DNA from: an uncultured Gammaproteobacteria bacterium
GTDB lineage: Bacteria; Patescibacteriota; Patescibacteriia; Magasanikbacterales; GWA2-37-8
DNA: 63,917 nucleotides
Direction of reading: 5' to 3'
Assembly (NCBI GenBank): GCA_964570525.1
Contig: CAZMYO010000007.1
Location: 1 to 63,917, forward strand
Below are positions 32,278 through 40,105 of the stretch, piece by piece. The translations under genes were made by a program, and so were the position numbers. The notes under the pieces are model-generated. The model saw only the letters and a program-made list of their open reading frames with translations. It had not been told where the DNA came from and searched no databases. Within the stretch, counting starts at the first letter, position 1. Each line of letters starts with the position of its first letter.

Positions 32278-32442
32278 TTATTTTTTGTCCGGGCAGTTGC
32301 TGCAATGCTTATCGAAAAGAACTTCAATAATTTGCCGACCGCAGTGCGGACAAGGGTAACAACAGGGCACGACATGATTCACCTCTACCTCGTCATGACA
32401 AGAACAACGGCACTCATCAGGACTGGGCGTACAATCTTCCAT
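32278..32442 (-). CDS. hypothetical Cys-rich small protein (54 aa, not in the ORF track)
   Basis: Hand translation gives MEDCTPSPDECRCSCHDEVEVNHVVPCCYPCPHCGRQIIEVLFDKHCSNCPDKK. AAGGAG lies 8 nt upstream of the ATG and a terminator lies downstream. Confidence 0.55.
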   Translation of the reverse strand: MEDCTPSPDECRCSCHDEVEVNHVVPCCYPCPHCGRQIIEVLFDKHCSNCPDKK

Positions 32443-32534
32443 TTTATGTTCTCCTTTTGGTTGTTATCTCCCTGGACTTTACAACAATAAGGCGTTTTAG
32501 TCAATCTAAAAAGAAAACCGCGCTAAATGCAAAA

Positions 32535-33074
32535 TTAAACAAAACACTCGCGACAGACCGGTTTGTATTCAAAGGTGCCGTCGTCGGGGATGACCGAGGG
32601 CACCTCCTCGGTAACAGGCACGCCCAATCGCAGAGCCTGCGTATACACGGCATTCGGGTTTTTGCAGGTTTCGCACACGGCCCGCCGGTAGCGCACTTCT
32701 TTTGGGCCCAGCTCCAAAAGACGGCGCACAATGCCGAAAAGCCGGCCCTGGTGATCCATATCTAATGATGAGACGATTACTCGCGTGCCTTTTTTGAGAA
32801 GTTTTTCAACCACCTCGGCTTCGGCTTCGGCAAACATGTTGGCTTCGTCTATGCCAACGACGCCGTAGTTTTCGTTCAGCGCCTCTTGAAGCGTGCCTAC
32901 TTTTTTGGCTTCAATGGCGGCGCCATTGCGTGATTGAATCTGTTGATCGCGCACATTTTTTTCCGGCTGGTAGAGAACGAAGGGGATAGAAGTATATTTG
33001 AGCGGCGCGAAGTGGCTGATTAGTTCATACGATTTGCCGCTTTTCATCGGTCCAAGAATGAGAGTAAGGTCCAT
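32535..33074 (-). CDS. tdk: thymidine kinase
   Basis: P-loop GPMKSGKS and C-terminal zinc ligands CETC...CREC. Confidence 0.92.
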   Translation of the reverse strand: MDLTLILGPMKSGKSYELISHFAPLKYTSIPFVLYQPEKNVRDQQIQSRNGAAIEAKKVGTLQEALNENYGVVGIDEANMFAEAEAEVVEKLLKKGTRVIVSSLDMDHQGRLFGIVRRLLELGPKEVRYRRAVCETCKNPNAVYTQALRLGVPVTEEVPSVIPDDGTFEYKPVCRECFV

Positions 33075-33283
33075 AGAAACAAATTAAGACAAGTATTTTT
33101 GGTTTGGGACATGGTGCATTTTTTCGAGCCCCTCGCCATCATATAACAGTTTTGCTTTTCTGAAAAGAGCAAAATTGGTACACGAGGGTGATGTTTCGAA
33201 GTTGAGCGCTTAGGCGTGGTTGACTGCCTCCTATCAATTTGTTACCCTGGTTATAATCGGCATACTGCCGAAGGAGGAAATTC

Positions 33284-33937
33284 ATGGGCCACCATACCTT
33301 TTTCGCCTCTTTCTTCACTGCCTTGGTAATTTCTACCTGTGGCTGCGGCGCCAGCTACTCCGTGGACGCAGCCGATATGGAGAAAAAGGATCAAGGTGAC
33401 GGCGGATCGGATCTGGAGACGAGCCTCACGTTCGATGCGCTCCCACCGGCAAAAGACCTGACGCCGTGGACAGCGCCACTATATGTGCGCTGTGACTATC
33501 GAATTTTTGAGCCGGCGCAAAATGGCGGCGGCACCGTCTATGATGAACTGTTCGAGGCCGTTCTTACTGACCGTGTCTGGCTGGAATGTCGTACCAGCCG
33601 CACTCAACAGTTCAACAACTGGCAAGATGACGGGATAGGATACTTCAACAAGCGAGCCGCAGATGAACTGAAGATTGTGAACAATGGTGTGGCCGGGCTC
33701 TATACTGTCTTTGAATCCAAAGACGGGAACGGCAATATTGTTATGTTGATGATAACGCCGCTCAATGGCGTTTGGCAACCGGGCGCCCTAGATATCGATT
33801 GGTCGGAGATACTAATCGAGGCCGACAGCAAAGGACGCCAAGGTCCATTCGTCGGCTGCTCGGTTCGGCGTGCAATGGTCATGATTACAACGACGGCAGA
33901 CCGTGTCAAACAGCATGTTCCGCTAATTTGCCAATAA
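33284..33937 (+). CDS. hypothetical secreted/lipoprotein (217 aa, GC-rich orphan)
   Basis: ATG lies 6 nt after GGAGGA. The signal sequence FFTALVISTCGC is lipobox-like. A terminator follows. Confidence 0.65.
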   Translation: MGHHTFFASFFTALVISTCGCGASYSVDAADMEKKDQGDGGSDLETSLTFDALPPAKDLTPWTAPLYVRCDYRIFEPAQNGGGTVYDELFEAVLTDRVWLECRTSRTQQFNNWQDDGIGYFNKRAADELKIVNNGVAGLYTVFESKDGNGNIVMLMITPLNGVWQPGALDIDWSEILIEADSKGRQGPFVGCSVRRAMVMITTTADRVKQHVPLICQ

Positions 33938-33986
33938 GCGACAATGGCCCTCCCGGTTGACGAGGGAGCGCGTCGCATCAACCCAC

Positions 33987-34019
33987 GCTGCCCCACCCCG
34001 GGGCAGCTTTTTCTTTTTT
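33987..34019 (+). terminator. rho-independent terminator
   Basis: gctgcccc-accc-ggggcagc hairpin followed by tttttctttttt. Confidence 0.8.
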
Positions 34020-34119
34020 AATGAACTCATAGCGAATCTCGCCAATTGTTGAGCCAACCATAGAAATAACTCGTTATCAGTTCAATGAAAGGAATGGTGA
34101 GCCCCCAGCGTTGCTTGGG

Positions 34120-34148
34120 TTGACCAAACGATTTTTTTCTGATATAGT
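34120..34148 (+). promoter_or_regulatory. sigma70-like promoter (TTGACC-N17-TATAGT)
   Basis: Read directly from the sequence, about 30 nt upstream of the ABC-F start. Confidence 0.6.
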
Positions 34149-34177
34149 TATTTTTTCTTAGCTCATCCCCATAAATT

Positions 34178-35692
34178 ATGAATCACGGAGACGTTATCAT
34201 CCGTTTTGATGAAGTTACCTTTAACTACAGTCACAACAAGCCCGTTCTTGATGGGGCTAGTTTTAGCGTGCGTGAAAATGCCAAGATTACCATCATGGGC
34301 CAAAACGGCGCTGGAAAGAGCACGATTTTTAAAATGATCACCGGAGAGCTTAAGCCGGACGGCGGCAAGGTGAGCCTTAGGTTGGGGGCTACTATCGCGA
34401 TCGCCACCCAGGTGATGAAGCCGGAGAATTTGGAAAAAACCATTGAAGAGTTTTTTGCCCAGGCGTTTAATAAAAAAATGTACGATCTGCCGAAAAAAAT
34501 TAAAAATATTACGGCGGTCGTGCGTCTCGTGGCGCCTCTAGATAAAAAAATTAAACAATACTCCGGCGGCCAACAGGCGCGGCTGCTTTTGGCACTGGCC
34601 CTTATTCAGGAACCGGATATTTTGCTCCTTGATGAGCCGACCAACAATTTGGACGCGCCGGGCATTGAGCACCTTACCCAATTTTTGATTGAGTATCCTA
34701 AAACGTGTCTGGTGATTTCGCACGACGCGAATTTTTTAAACGCCTTTACCCACGGAGTCTTGTATCTGGATTCCCACACTCACAAAGTGGAGCAGTACCT
34801 CGGCGATTATTACAACGTGCTATATGAAATTGAAGCCCAGATTGAGCGCGAGCGCGCCAAGAACGCCCAGCTCAAGCGCAGCATCCAGGACCGCAAAGAT
34901 AAAATAAACTTTTTCTCGCACAAGGGCGGCAAGATGCGCAAATTGGCGAGCAAGCTCAAAGACCAGGTGGAAGAAGCCGAGGAGGAAATGGTGGATGAAC
35001 GCCAGGAAGATAAAACAATACGCGAGTTCACGCTACCGGCGCAAACCGATATGGTCGGGCCGGTGGTGGAGATTAATTCGGTTGGCGTGATGGTGGATCA
35101 TGAACCAGTAAGAAAAATTCTAACCGCACCAATTTCTCTTCGTAAAAAACAAAGGCTTTTGGTAAAAGGCCCGAACGGTATCGGTAAGAGTACTTTTTTA
35201 GCGGCTCTGGCCATGGGAACAGAAGAAGGCGCGGCAATCTCGCAAGATGTTAGAGTTGGTTACTATAGGCAGGATTTTTCCGGGTTGGATTTTGAGAAAA
35301 CGGCGTACCAGGCGCTGGCGGAAATGATGGAGAATCCCGATTTTGCTAGGGCGCAAAATCGAGGATCCGCGATTCCGGCGAACCGGAATCGGGACAATCA
35401 AGAAATTTACGCGACCGCGGCGCAATTTTTGTTATCGGCGGAAACATTAAAAAACAACGTGGGGGCGCTGTCAGAAGGACAGAAAGGACTCTTGTGTTAC
35501 GCGCGGTTTGTTTTGCAAAAGCCGGGACTCTTGATTATGGATGAGCCAACTAACCATATTAATTTTCGCCATTTACCCATCATCGCCAAGGCGCTCGCTG
35601 AATTTGAGGGCGCGGTGATTTTAGTGAGCCACGCGCCCGAGTTTGTGGAGCAGATTAACATTGACCAGATACTGGATTTGGGAACATTGTAA
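34178..35692 (+). CDS. ABC-F family ATPase (two ABC cassettes, no membrane domain)
   Basis: Walker A GQNGAGKST and GPNGIGKST. ABC signatures YSGGQQARL and LSEGQKGL. Confidence 0.9.
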   Translation: MNHGDVIIRFDEVTFNYSHNKPVLDGASFSVRENAKITIMGQNGAGKSTIFKMITGELKPDGGKVSLRLGATIAIATQVMKPENLEKTIEEFFAQAFNKKMYDLPKKIKNITAVVRLVAPLDKKIKQYSGGQQARLLLALALIQEPDILLLDEPTNNLDAPGIEHLTQFLIEYPKTCLVISHDANFLNAFTHGVLYLDSHTHKVEQYLGDYYNVLYEIEAQIERERAKNAQLKRSIQDRKDKINFFSHKGGKMRKLASKLKDQVEEAEEEMVDERQEDKTIREFTLPAQTDMVGPVVEINSVGVMVDHEPVRKILTAPISLRKKQRLLVKGPNGIGKSTFLAALAMGTEEGAAISQDVRVGYYRQDFSGLDFEKTAYQALAEMMENPDFARAQNRGSAIPANRNRDNQEIYATAAQFLLSAETLKNNVGALSEGQKGLLCYARFVLQKPGLLIMDEPTNHINFRHLPIIAKALAEFEGAVILVSHAPEFVEQINIDQILDLGTL

Positions 35693-35697
35693 TTTTT

Positions 35698-37860
35698 TTA
35701 CTTTGTAGCACTCAATTTGCAATACTCAAGAACAGCTTTAATTTCGGCGTAACTTATTTCATCGCCCAAAGCAAACTTGAGCGGAGCAAGAAGTTGATTT
35801 CCGTGTTTTTCTATCGCCTCCATAATGCGGGGAATTTTATCGGCGGGAACGAACTCCTTCAATTCAATTTGGCCGGTGCCGACGCACTGGGCGAGGTGGT
35901 TTTCAATCGTTCCCGGCGAGAGATCGCGCCTGGCGGCGATATTCGCAATGGAATTTCCTTCTCGGTAGAGTTCGAGCGTTGTCGTGGTAGTGGTTGTCGC
36001 TCGGGGCGCGGATTTTCGTTCACGCTTTGGTATCTTTTCGGCAATGCGCGTGGCGCAATTATGGGCGGTTGAGTAAGCCTGAACCGTATTTAGAAACTGT
36101 TCGCCGTAGCGAGCGGTTTTATTTTCTCCAAAACCGGAAATTTTACGCAGGTCGATTATAGTCTGCGGCAAGTACGTGGCCAGTTCAAGTAACGTGGCAT
36201 CTGAAAAAATAATATAGGCCGGCACTTGCTCGGCCGCGGCTATTGCCGCGCGAATAGATTTGAGGTTTATGAACAAATCTTTTTCGTATGGCAGCTCCGC
36301 CTTCGCTAAAGCTTCGGCGGGCACGTCGGCCAATTCTTTTTTGGTTGCCACTGCCACCAACATTACTTTTTCACTGCCACCGAGCACCGCTTCACTCTTT
36401 TTGGTAAGTTTAATAATAGGAAACTCGACCCCGCTTTGCTCTAGATATCCCCGGCCGATTAAATTTTTGATATGGTGAAACCAATCATCTTTCGAAATAT
36501 CAGCCCCAATGCCATAGGTTTTGAGTTCTTTATGCCACGATTTTATTTTTTCCGCTTTGGAACCCCGTAAAAAATCTACCAGATACGTGAGGCCGTGACT
36601 TCCGCCCAGGCGCGCGACGGCGGACAGCGCCTTTTGCGCGATAATGGTGCCGTCAAATTGTTCATGGTTACTAAGGCAGACATCACAGCTTTTGCAATTA
36701 TCACTTTCTGTGGTTTCCCCAAAATAGGCAAGAATTTTTTGGCGGCGGCACACCGACATTTCGCACAAGTCGGCCATTTGGGAAAGTTTGCGCAACATGA
36801 TATTGGATTGCTGCTGGTTGCCATCAATCGCAGCAAATTTTTTGAGCTTCATCACATCGCCGCCGCTATAAAAAAGGAGAGCCTCGCTTTTAAGCCCATC
36901 GCGGCCGGCGCGGCCGGTTTCTTGGTAATAGCTTTCGATATTTTTTGGCAAATCAGCGTGCACCACAAACCGAACGTTGGATTTATTGATACCCATGCCA
37001 AAAGCAATGGTGGCCACAATAATTTTTATTTCATCTTTTAGAAATAAGGTCTGGTGGCGACCGCGCTTTTCAAGCGGGAGGCCGGCGTGATAGGGAAGCG
37101 CCGGAAAGCCATCGGCGGTTAACTTGCGGGCCAAATCTTCGGTTGATTGTCGTGATAACGCGTAAATAATTCCCGCGTCATCACGGTGTTTATTTAAATA
37201 ATTCAAGAGCCGTTTATACATATTTCTTTTTGGCTCGATATAATAGTAAATGTTTTCCCGATCGAAGCTCGAAATAAAAGTTTGCGGATTTTGTAAAGCA
37301 AGTTTTTCCACAATATCATCGGCCGTGAGCTTGTCGGCGGTGGCGGTGAGAGCAATGGTTGGCACGCCGGGAAATTCTTTTTTAAGCCGGGCGAGCTCAC
37401 GATATTCCGGCCGGAAGTCATGCCCCCAGGAAGAAATACAATGCGCTTCATCGATCGCGAACAGTGAAATGGGATATTTTTTTATAAACGTCAAAAACTG
37501 CTCCCCGCCAAACAGCCGTTCGGGAGCGATGTAAAGAAGTTTGAGCCGTCCGGCTTCGAGCGCCTGATAAATAGCCGAGCGGTCTTCGGTGGAGCTCATT
37601 GAATTGAGATAAGCCGCTTCAATTCCGTTCAGGCGCAAGGCATCGACCTGATCTTTCATAAGGGCGATGAGCGGCGAAATTACCACGGTGAGGCCAGGAA
37701 AAAGAAGAGCGGGAATCTGGTAGCACAGCGATTTGCCTCCGCCGGTCGGCATGAGCACAAAGGAATCGCCTTGGTTTAATACCCGGGTAATGATTTCTTC
37801 TTGATTGGCGCGAAAAGCGTTATAGCCAAATTTGTTTTGGAGGATATCGAGGGGAGTCAT
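35698..37860 (-). CDS. recQ: ATP-dependent DNA helicase RecQ (with HRDC and an extra C-terminal HTH-like region)
   Basis: MPTGGGKSLCYQ, FAIDEAHC (DEAH) and the zinc-binding Cys cluster CRRQ..C..C..C. ATG at 37860 is preferred to TTG at 37878. Confidence 0.93.
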   Translation of the reverse strand: MTPLDILQNKFGYNAFRANQEEIITRVLNQGDSFVLMPTGGGKSLCYQIPALLFPGLTVVISPLIALMKDQVDALRLNGIEAAYLNSMSSTEDRSAIYQALEAGRLKLLYIAPERLFGGEQFLTFIKKYPISLFAIDEAHCISSWGHDFRPEYRELARLKKEFPGVPTIALTATADKLTADDIVEKLALQNPQTFISSFDRENIYYYIEPKRNMYKRLLNYLNKHRDDAGIIYALSRQSTEDLARKLTADGFPALPYHAGLPLEKRGRHQTLFLKDEIKIIVATIAFGMGINKSNVRFVVHADLPKNIESYYQETGRAGRDGLKSEALLFYSGGDVMKLKKFAAIDGNQQQSNIMLRKLSQMADLCEMSVCRRQKILAYFGETTESDNCKSCDVCLSNHEQFDGTIIAQKALSAVARLGGSHGLTYLVDFLRGSKAEKIKSWHKELKTYGIGADISKDDWFHHIKNLIGRGYLEQSGVEFPIIKLTKKSEAVLGGSEKVMLVAVATKKELADVPAEALAKAELPYEKDLFINLKSIRAAIAAAEQVPAYIIFSDATLLELATYLPQTIIDLRKISGFGENKTARYGEQFLNTVQAYSTAHNCATRIAEKIPKRERKSAPRATTTTTTTLELYREGNSIANIAARRDLSPGTIENHLAQCVGTGQIELKEFVPADKIPRIMEAIEKHGNQLLAPLKFALGDEISYAEIKAVLEYCKLSATK

Positions 37861-37928
37861 AGACCAGGCATTATACAAGGGAGTGAGGGGAAATAAAACA
37901 CAGAGTCAAGGGACCCTGTGTTTTATGA

Positions 37929-37970
37929 ACTGCCCGCCTTCGCTAAAAAGCTACGGCGAGGTGAAAGCGG
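37929..37970. repeat. 42-nt direct repeat, copy 1 (distal end of the Doc/HTH cassette)
   Basis: actgcccgccttcgctaaaaagctacggcgaggtgaaagcgg is identical to 38841-38882. Confidence 0.9.
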
Positions 37971-37994
37971 TGTGTCGTCAACGGTATCCGAACT

Positions 37995-38414
37995 TTATTT
38001 TAACTTTTTGAGGTTTCTTTTAAGAAATTCAGCGGTAGCTTGGACTACCTGCTTTTTTACTTCCGGATCAGAGGCAGCGACCCAGTTAGCAAAATTATAC
38101 AATTTAACATTGTCTACTTCTATCCACTTACCATTTTTGTATAAAAAAACTAACAATGTCGTCATAGCAATTCGCTTGTTTCCATTTTGGAATGGGTGGT
38201 TTTTAATCATCAGATAAAACAGCATCGCTGACTTTTCAGTCAGCCCTTTATATAAAACTTTATTATCAAATTTTAAAAAGGGAGTAATGATGCAGCTCTC
38301 CAATTTATTCGGAAAACGCGTATTAAATTCAGGAATCGGTTCATCCCATTTCATTGTCTTCCTAGCCAAATCATAGGCTATGTATTCTACCTCTTTTAGA
38401 GTAATATCTTTCAT
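37995..38414 (-). CDS. doc: Doc (death-on-curing) / Fic family toxin
   Basis: Doc-type Fic motif HPFQNGNKR in a 139-aa protein. It lies 5 nt downstream of a small HTH gene. Confidence 0.85.
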   Translation of the reverse strand: MKDITLKEVEYIAYDLARKTMKWDEPIPEFNTRFPNKLESCIITPFLKFDNKVLYKGLTEKSAMLFYLMIKNHPFQNGNKRIAMTTLLVFLYKNGKWIEVDNVKLYNFANWVAASDPEVKKQVVQATAEFLKRNLKKLK

Positions 38415-38419
38415 AAAAA

Positions 38420-38680
38420 TTACTCTTTTGCTAACAAACGCAGAGTTTCACCATAGTCATGCACAGTCTTGTCAACCGCGCTGTCAATTATTTTTTTGTC
38501 ATTATCTGATAATTTGTTGCTCAAACCGGATACGTCAGCAATCTTGATTAAATAATTACGGCCTTTTTTAGTGGCTTTAATTTCTCCTTTTTGTATTTTT
38601 TTAAATACAGCAATACGGCTAACTCCTAATAAAGTAGCTAATTTTGTGGTTGATATGTATTTATCGTTTTGTTTTATCAT
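38420..38680 (-). CDS. excisionase/MerR-type helix-turn-helix protein, probable antitoxin
   Basis: ISTTKLATLLGVSRIAVFKKIQKGEIKATKKGRNYLI. 86 aa, immediately upstream of doc. Confidence 0.7.
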   Translation of the reverse strand: MIKQNDKYISTTKLATLLGVSRIAVFKKIQKGEIKATKKGRNYLIKIADVSGLSNKLSDNDKKIIDSAVDKTVHDYGETLRLLAKE

Positions 38681-38840
38681 ACGTAGTTATTGTAAGCTAT
38701 GTTAACCACTTTGTCAACAGTTAACATGGATAAAAAATAATTGGCAAAAATAAGCCAATTATTTTGCTTGGCGGACTTTGTCACGCTGAAACCTCGCCCT
38801 ATCTTAAGAGAGAATAGACAGTAGAATTATTGCTAAAATT

Positions 38841-38882
38841 ACTGCCCGCCTTCGCTAAAAAGCTACGGCGAGGTGAAAGCGG
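38841..38882. repeat. 42-nt direct repeat, copy 2 (abuts and overlaps the 3' end of tRNA-Ser-CGA by 3 nt)
   Basis: Identical to 37929-37970. Confidence 0.9.
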
Positions 38883-38964
38883 AGAGGGTGGGATTCGAAC
38901 CCACGAGGCCTTGCGGCCTACCGCTTTTCGAGAGCGGCACTTTCGACCACTCAGACACCTCTCC
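38880..38964 (-). tRNA. tRNA-Ser (anticodon CGA)
   Basis: 85-nt type II tRNA with acceptor GGAGAGG/CCTCTCC, anticodon arm CCGCT-CTCGAAA-AGCGG, long variable arm GGCCGCAAGGCC and T-arm GTGGG-TTCGAAT-CCCAC. Confidence 0.88.
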
Positions 38965-39044
38965 ATTGAAAATATACTTGGTATGCATGGCACAGCCGTC
39001 AGGCGAAGCCAAGCCACCTCTTAAGAATTGATATCTAAAACAAA

Positions 39045-39095
39045 GCGGAAGGGGTGAGATTCGAACTCACGGTACCTTTTGGGTACGACAGTTTT
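39045..39095 (-). pseudogene. exact duplicate of the 3' ~50 nt of tRNA-Ser-TGA (anticodon-loop 3' side to acceptor end)
   Basis: gcggaaggggtgagattcgaactcacggtaccttttgggtacgacagtttt is identical to 39143-39193. No 5' half is attached. Confidence 0.85.
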
Positions 39096-39096
39096 T

Positions 39097-39125
39097 CCGC
39101 CCAAGGCGGACCCGCCTTGGGCGGG
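39097..39125. repeat. CCGCCCAAGGCGG / CCGCCTTGGGCGG palindromic element
   Basis: Read directly from the sequence. It fills the spacer between intact tRNA-Ser-TGA and its 3'-half copy. A related copy is at 39520-39548. Confidence 0.8.
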
Positions 39126-39143
39126 CAAGACTTCACAGTAGAG

Positions 39144-39229
39144 CGGAAGGGGTGAGATTCGAACTCACGGTACCTTTTGGGTACGACAGTTTTCAAGACT
39201 GTTGCCTTAAACCGCTCGGCCACCCTTCC
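39144..39229 (-). tRNA. tRNA-Ser (anticodon TGA)
   Basis: 86-nt type II tRNA with acceptor GGAAGGG/CCCTTCC, anticodon arm ACAGT-CTTGAAA-ACTGT, variable arm GTACCCAAAAGGTAC and T-arm GTGAG-TTCGAAT-CTCAC. Confidence 0.88.
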
Positions 39230-39246
39230 GTTCTACTGTAAAATTT

Positions 39247-39498
39247 TTATTTTAAAATATTTTTTAATAACCACTTAATCCTCTCCCGCCCTCTTCCACT
39301 TTTTAAAAATAGTTCTTCCCGTCTCGCATCGTTTTTTGATAGAAATGCTTCGTAGTAAATCAGTTTCCACGGACAACCATGTTTAGTTGCACTTACTTTT
39401 CCTGAATTGTGATAAGAGAGCCTGTTTTTGAGATCCTCGGTGCTGCCTTTATAAAGCTCTTTGGTTTTTGTACTTTTGAGTATGTAGACGTAGTGCAT
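39247..39498 (-). CDS. GIY-YIG nuclease family protein (83 aa)
   Basis: YVYILKS...ELYKGSTEDLKNRLSYHN is the GIY..YIG pattern. It lies between a tRNA 5' fragment and intact tRNA-Ser-TGA. Confidence 0.75.
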   Translation of the reverse strand: MHYVYILKSTKTKELYKGSTEDLKNRLSYHNSGKVSATKHGCPWKLIYYEAFLSKNDARREELFLKSGRGRERIKWLLKNILK

Positions 39499-39519
39499 GT
39501 TAAGATAAAGTATGCCTTT

Positions 39520-39548
39520 CCGCCCTAGGCGGATCAGCCTTGGGCTGA
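39520..39548. repeat. CCGCCCTAGGCGG-type palindromic element
   Basis: ccgccctaggcggatcagccttgggctg is related to 39097-39125. It directly abuts the tRNA 5' fragment. Confidence 0.7.
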
Positions 39549-39571
39549 AAACCGCTCTCGCACCCCTCCGC
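39543..39571 (-). pseudogene. tRNA-Ser-like 5' fragment (acceptor 5' strand plus degenerate D-arm)
   Basis: The reverse complement GGAGGGGTGCGAGAGCGGTTTTCAGCC matches about 20 of 26 positions of the 5' end of tRNA-Ser-TGA. The D-stem no longer pairs and there is no anticodon arm. Confidence 0.45.
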
Positions 39572-39688
39572 TCTGTTGCGGGAGATAATCAGTAAAATAT
39601 CATAATTAACTTTAAAAATCAACCCCGCCCCATATAGCTCACATATAAAGATAAACCAGCCCGGTGAAGTGGGCTGGTTGTAGCCGGT

Positions 39689-40039
39689 TTACTTGGTGTT
39701 CGAGATGGGCAGCTCTTTCATCCGGAGCAGGGTCACGGTGCGTACGTGGTAAACACCGTCTATCTCCGCGTTCCAGATGACGAGAAAATCACCGCCAACC
39801 AAACGAGTGTACCAGAACCAGAATTTGTCTCCTACTTTCTCTTTGGATTCCTTCCACATTACAACCTCGCCATCTCCTCTCCAGCTAACTATTTGAGCCG
39901 AATCTACCTCTATCGGAAGCGAGAATGGATGGCCCACTTGGACCCAGGCGCCGCCGGAATGAGTCATCTTCAGATGGAGATCGGGCGCGTGTCCGAGCTC
40001 CCCCCGAGGAGTTTCGTATTTCCCTTTGATCACGGTCAT
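39689..40039 (-). CDS. hypothetical protein (116 aa orphan downstream of the LTD protein)
   Basis: ATG at 40039 lies 4 nt after GGAGG. A hairpin terminator (ccagccc..gggctgg) lies at 39661-39684. Confidence 0.6.
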   Translation of the reverse strand: MTVIKGKYETPRGELGHAPDLHLKMTHSGGAWVQVGHPFSLPIEVDSAQIVSWRGDGEVVMWKESKEKVGDKFWFWYTRLVGGDFLVIWNAEIDGVYHVRTVTLLRMKELPISNTK

Positions 40040-40105
40040 GTTGCCTCCGGTTTGGGTAGTTTCACTTAGAATAGCAAGGTTAGGCAGAGAAGTCAATCCG
40101 CCAGA

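Noticed and set aside
32305-32490. 61-aa plus-strand ORF between msrB and tdk
   Set aside because: It has no SD site and runs opposite to all neighbouring genes. The minus strand carries a Cys-rich ORF with an SD site and a terminator.
39045-39571. Idea that the tRNA-Ser 5' fragment and 3'-half copy form a functional split tRNA joined via the complementary palindromes
   Set aside because: The acceptor strands would pair (one G:U) and the palindromes are mutually complementary. But the D-stem of the 5' fragment is degenerate, an intact tRNA-Ser-TGA is present, and trans-joined tRNAs are not established in bacteria. It is kept only as a remote possibility.
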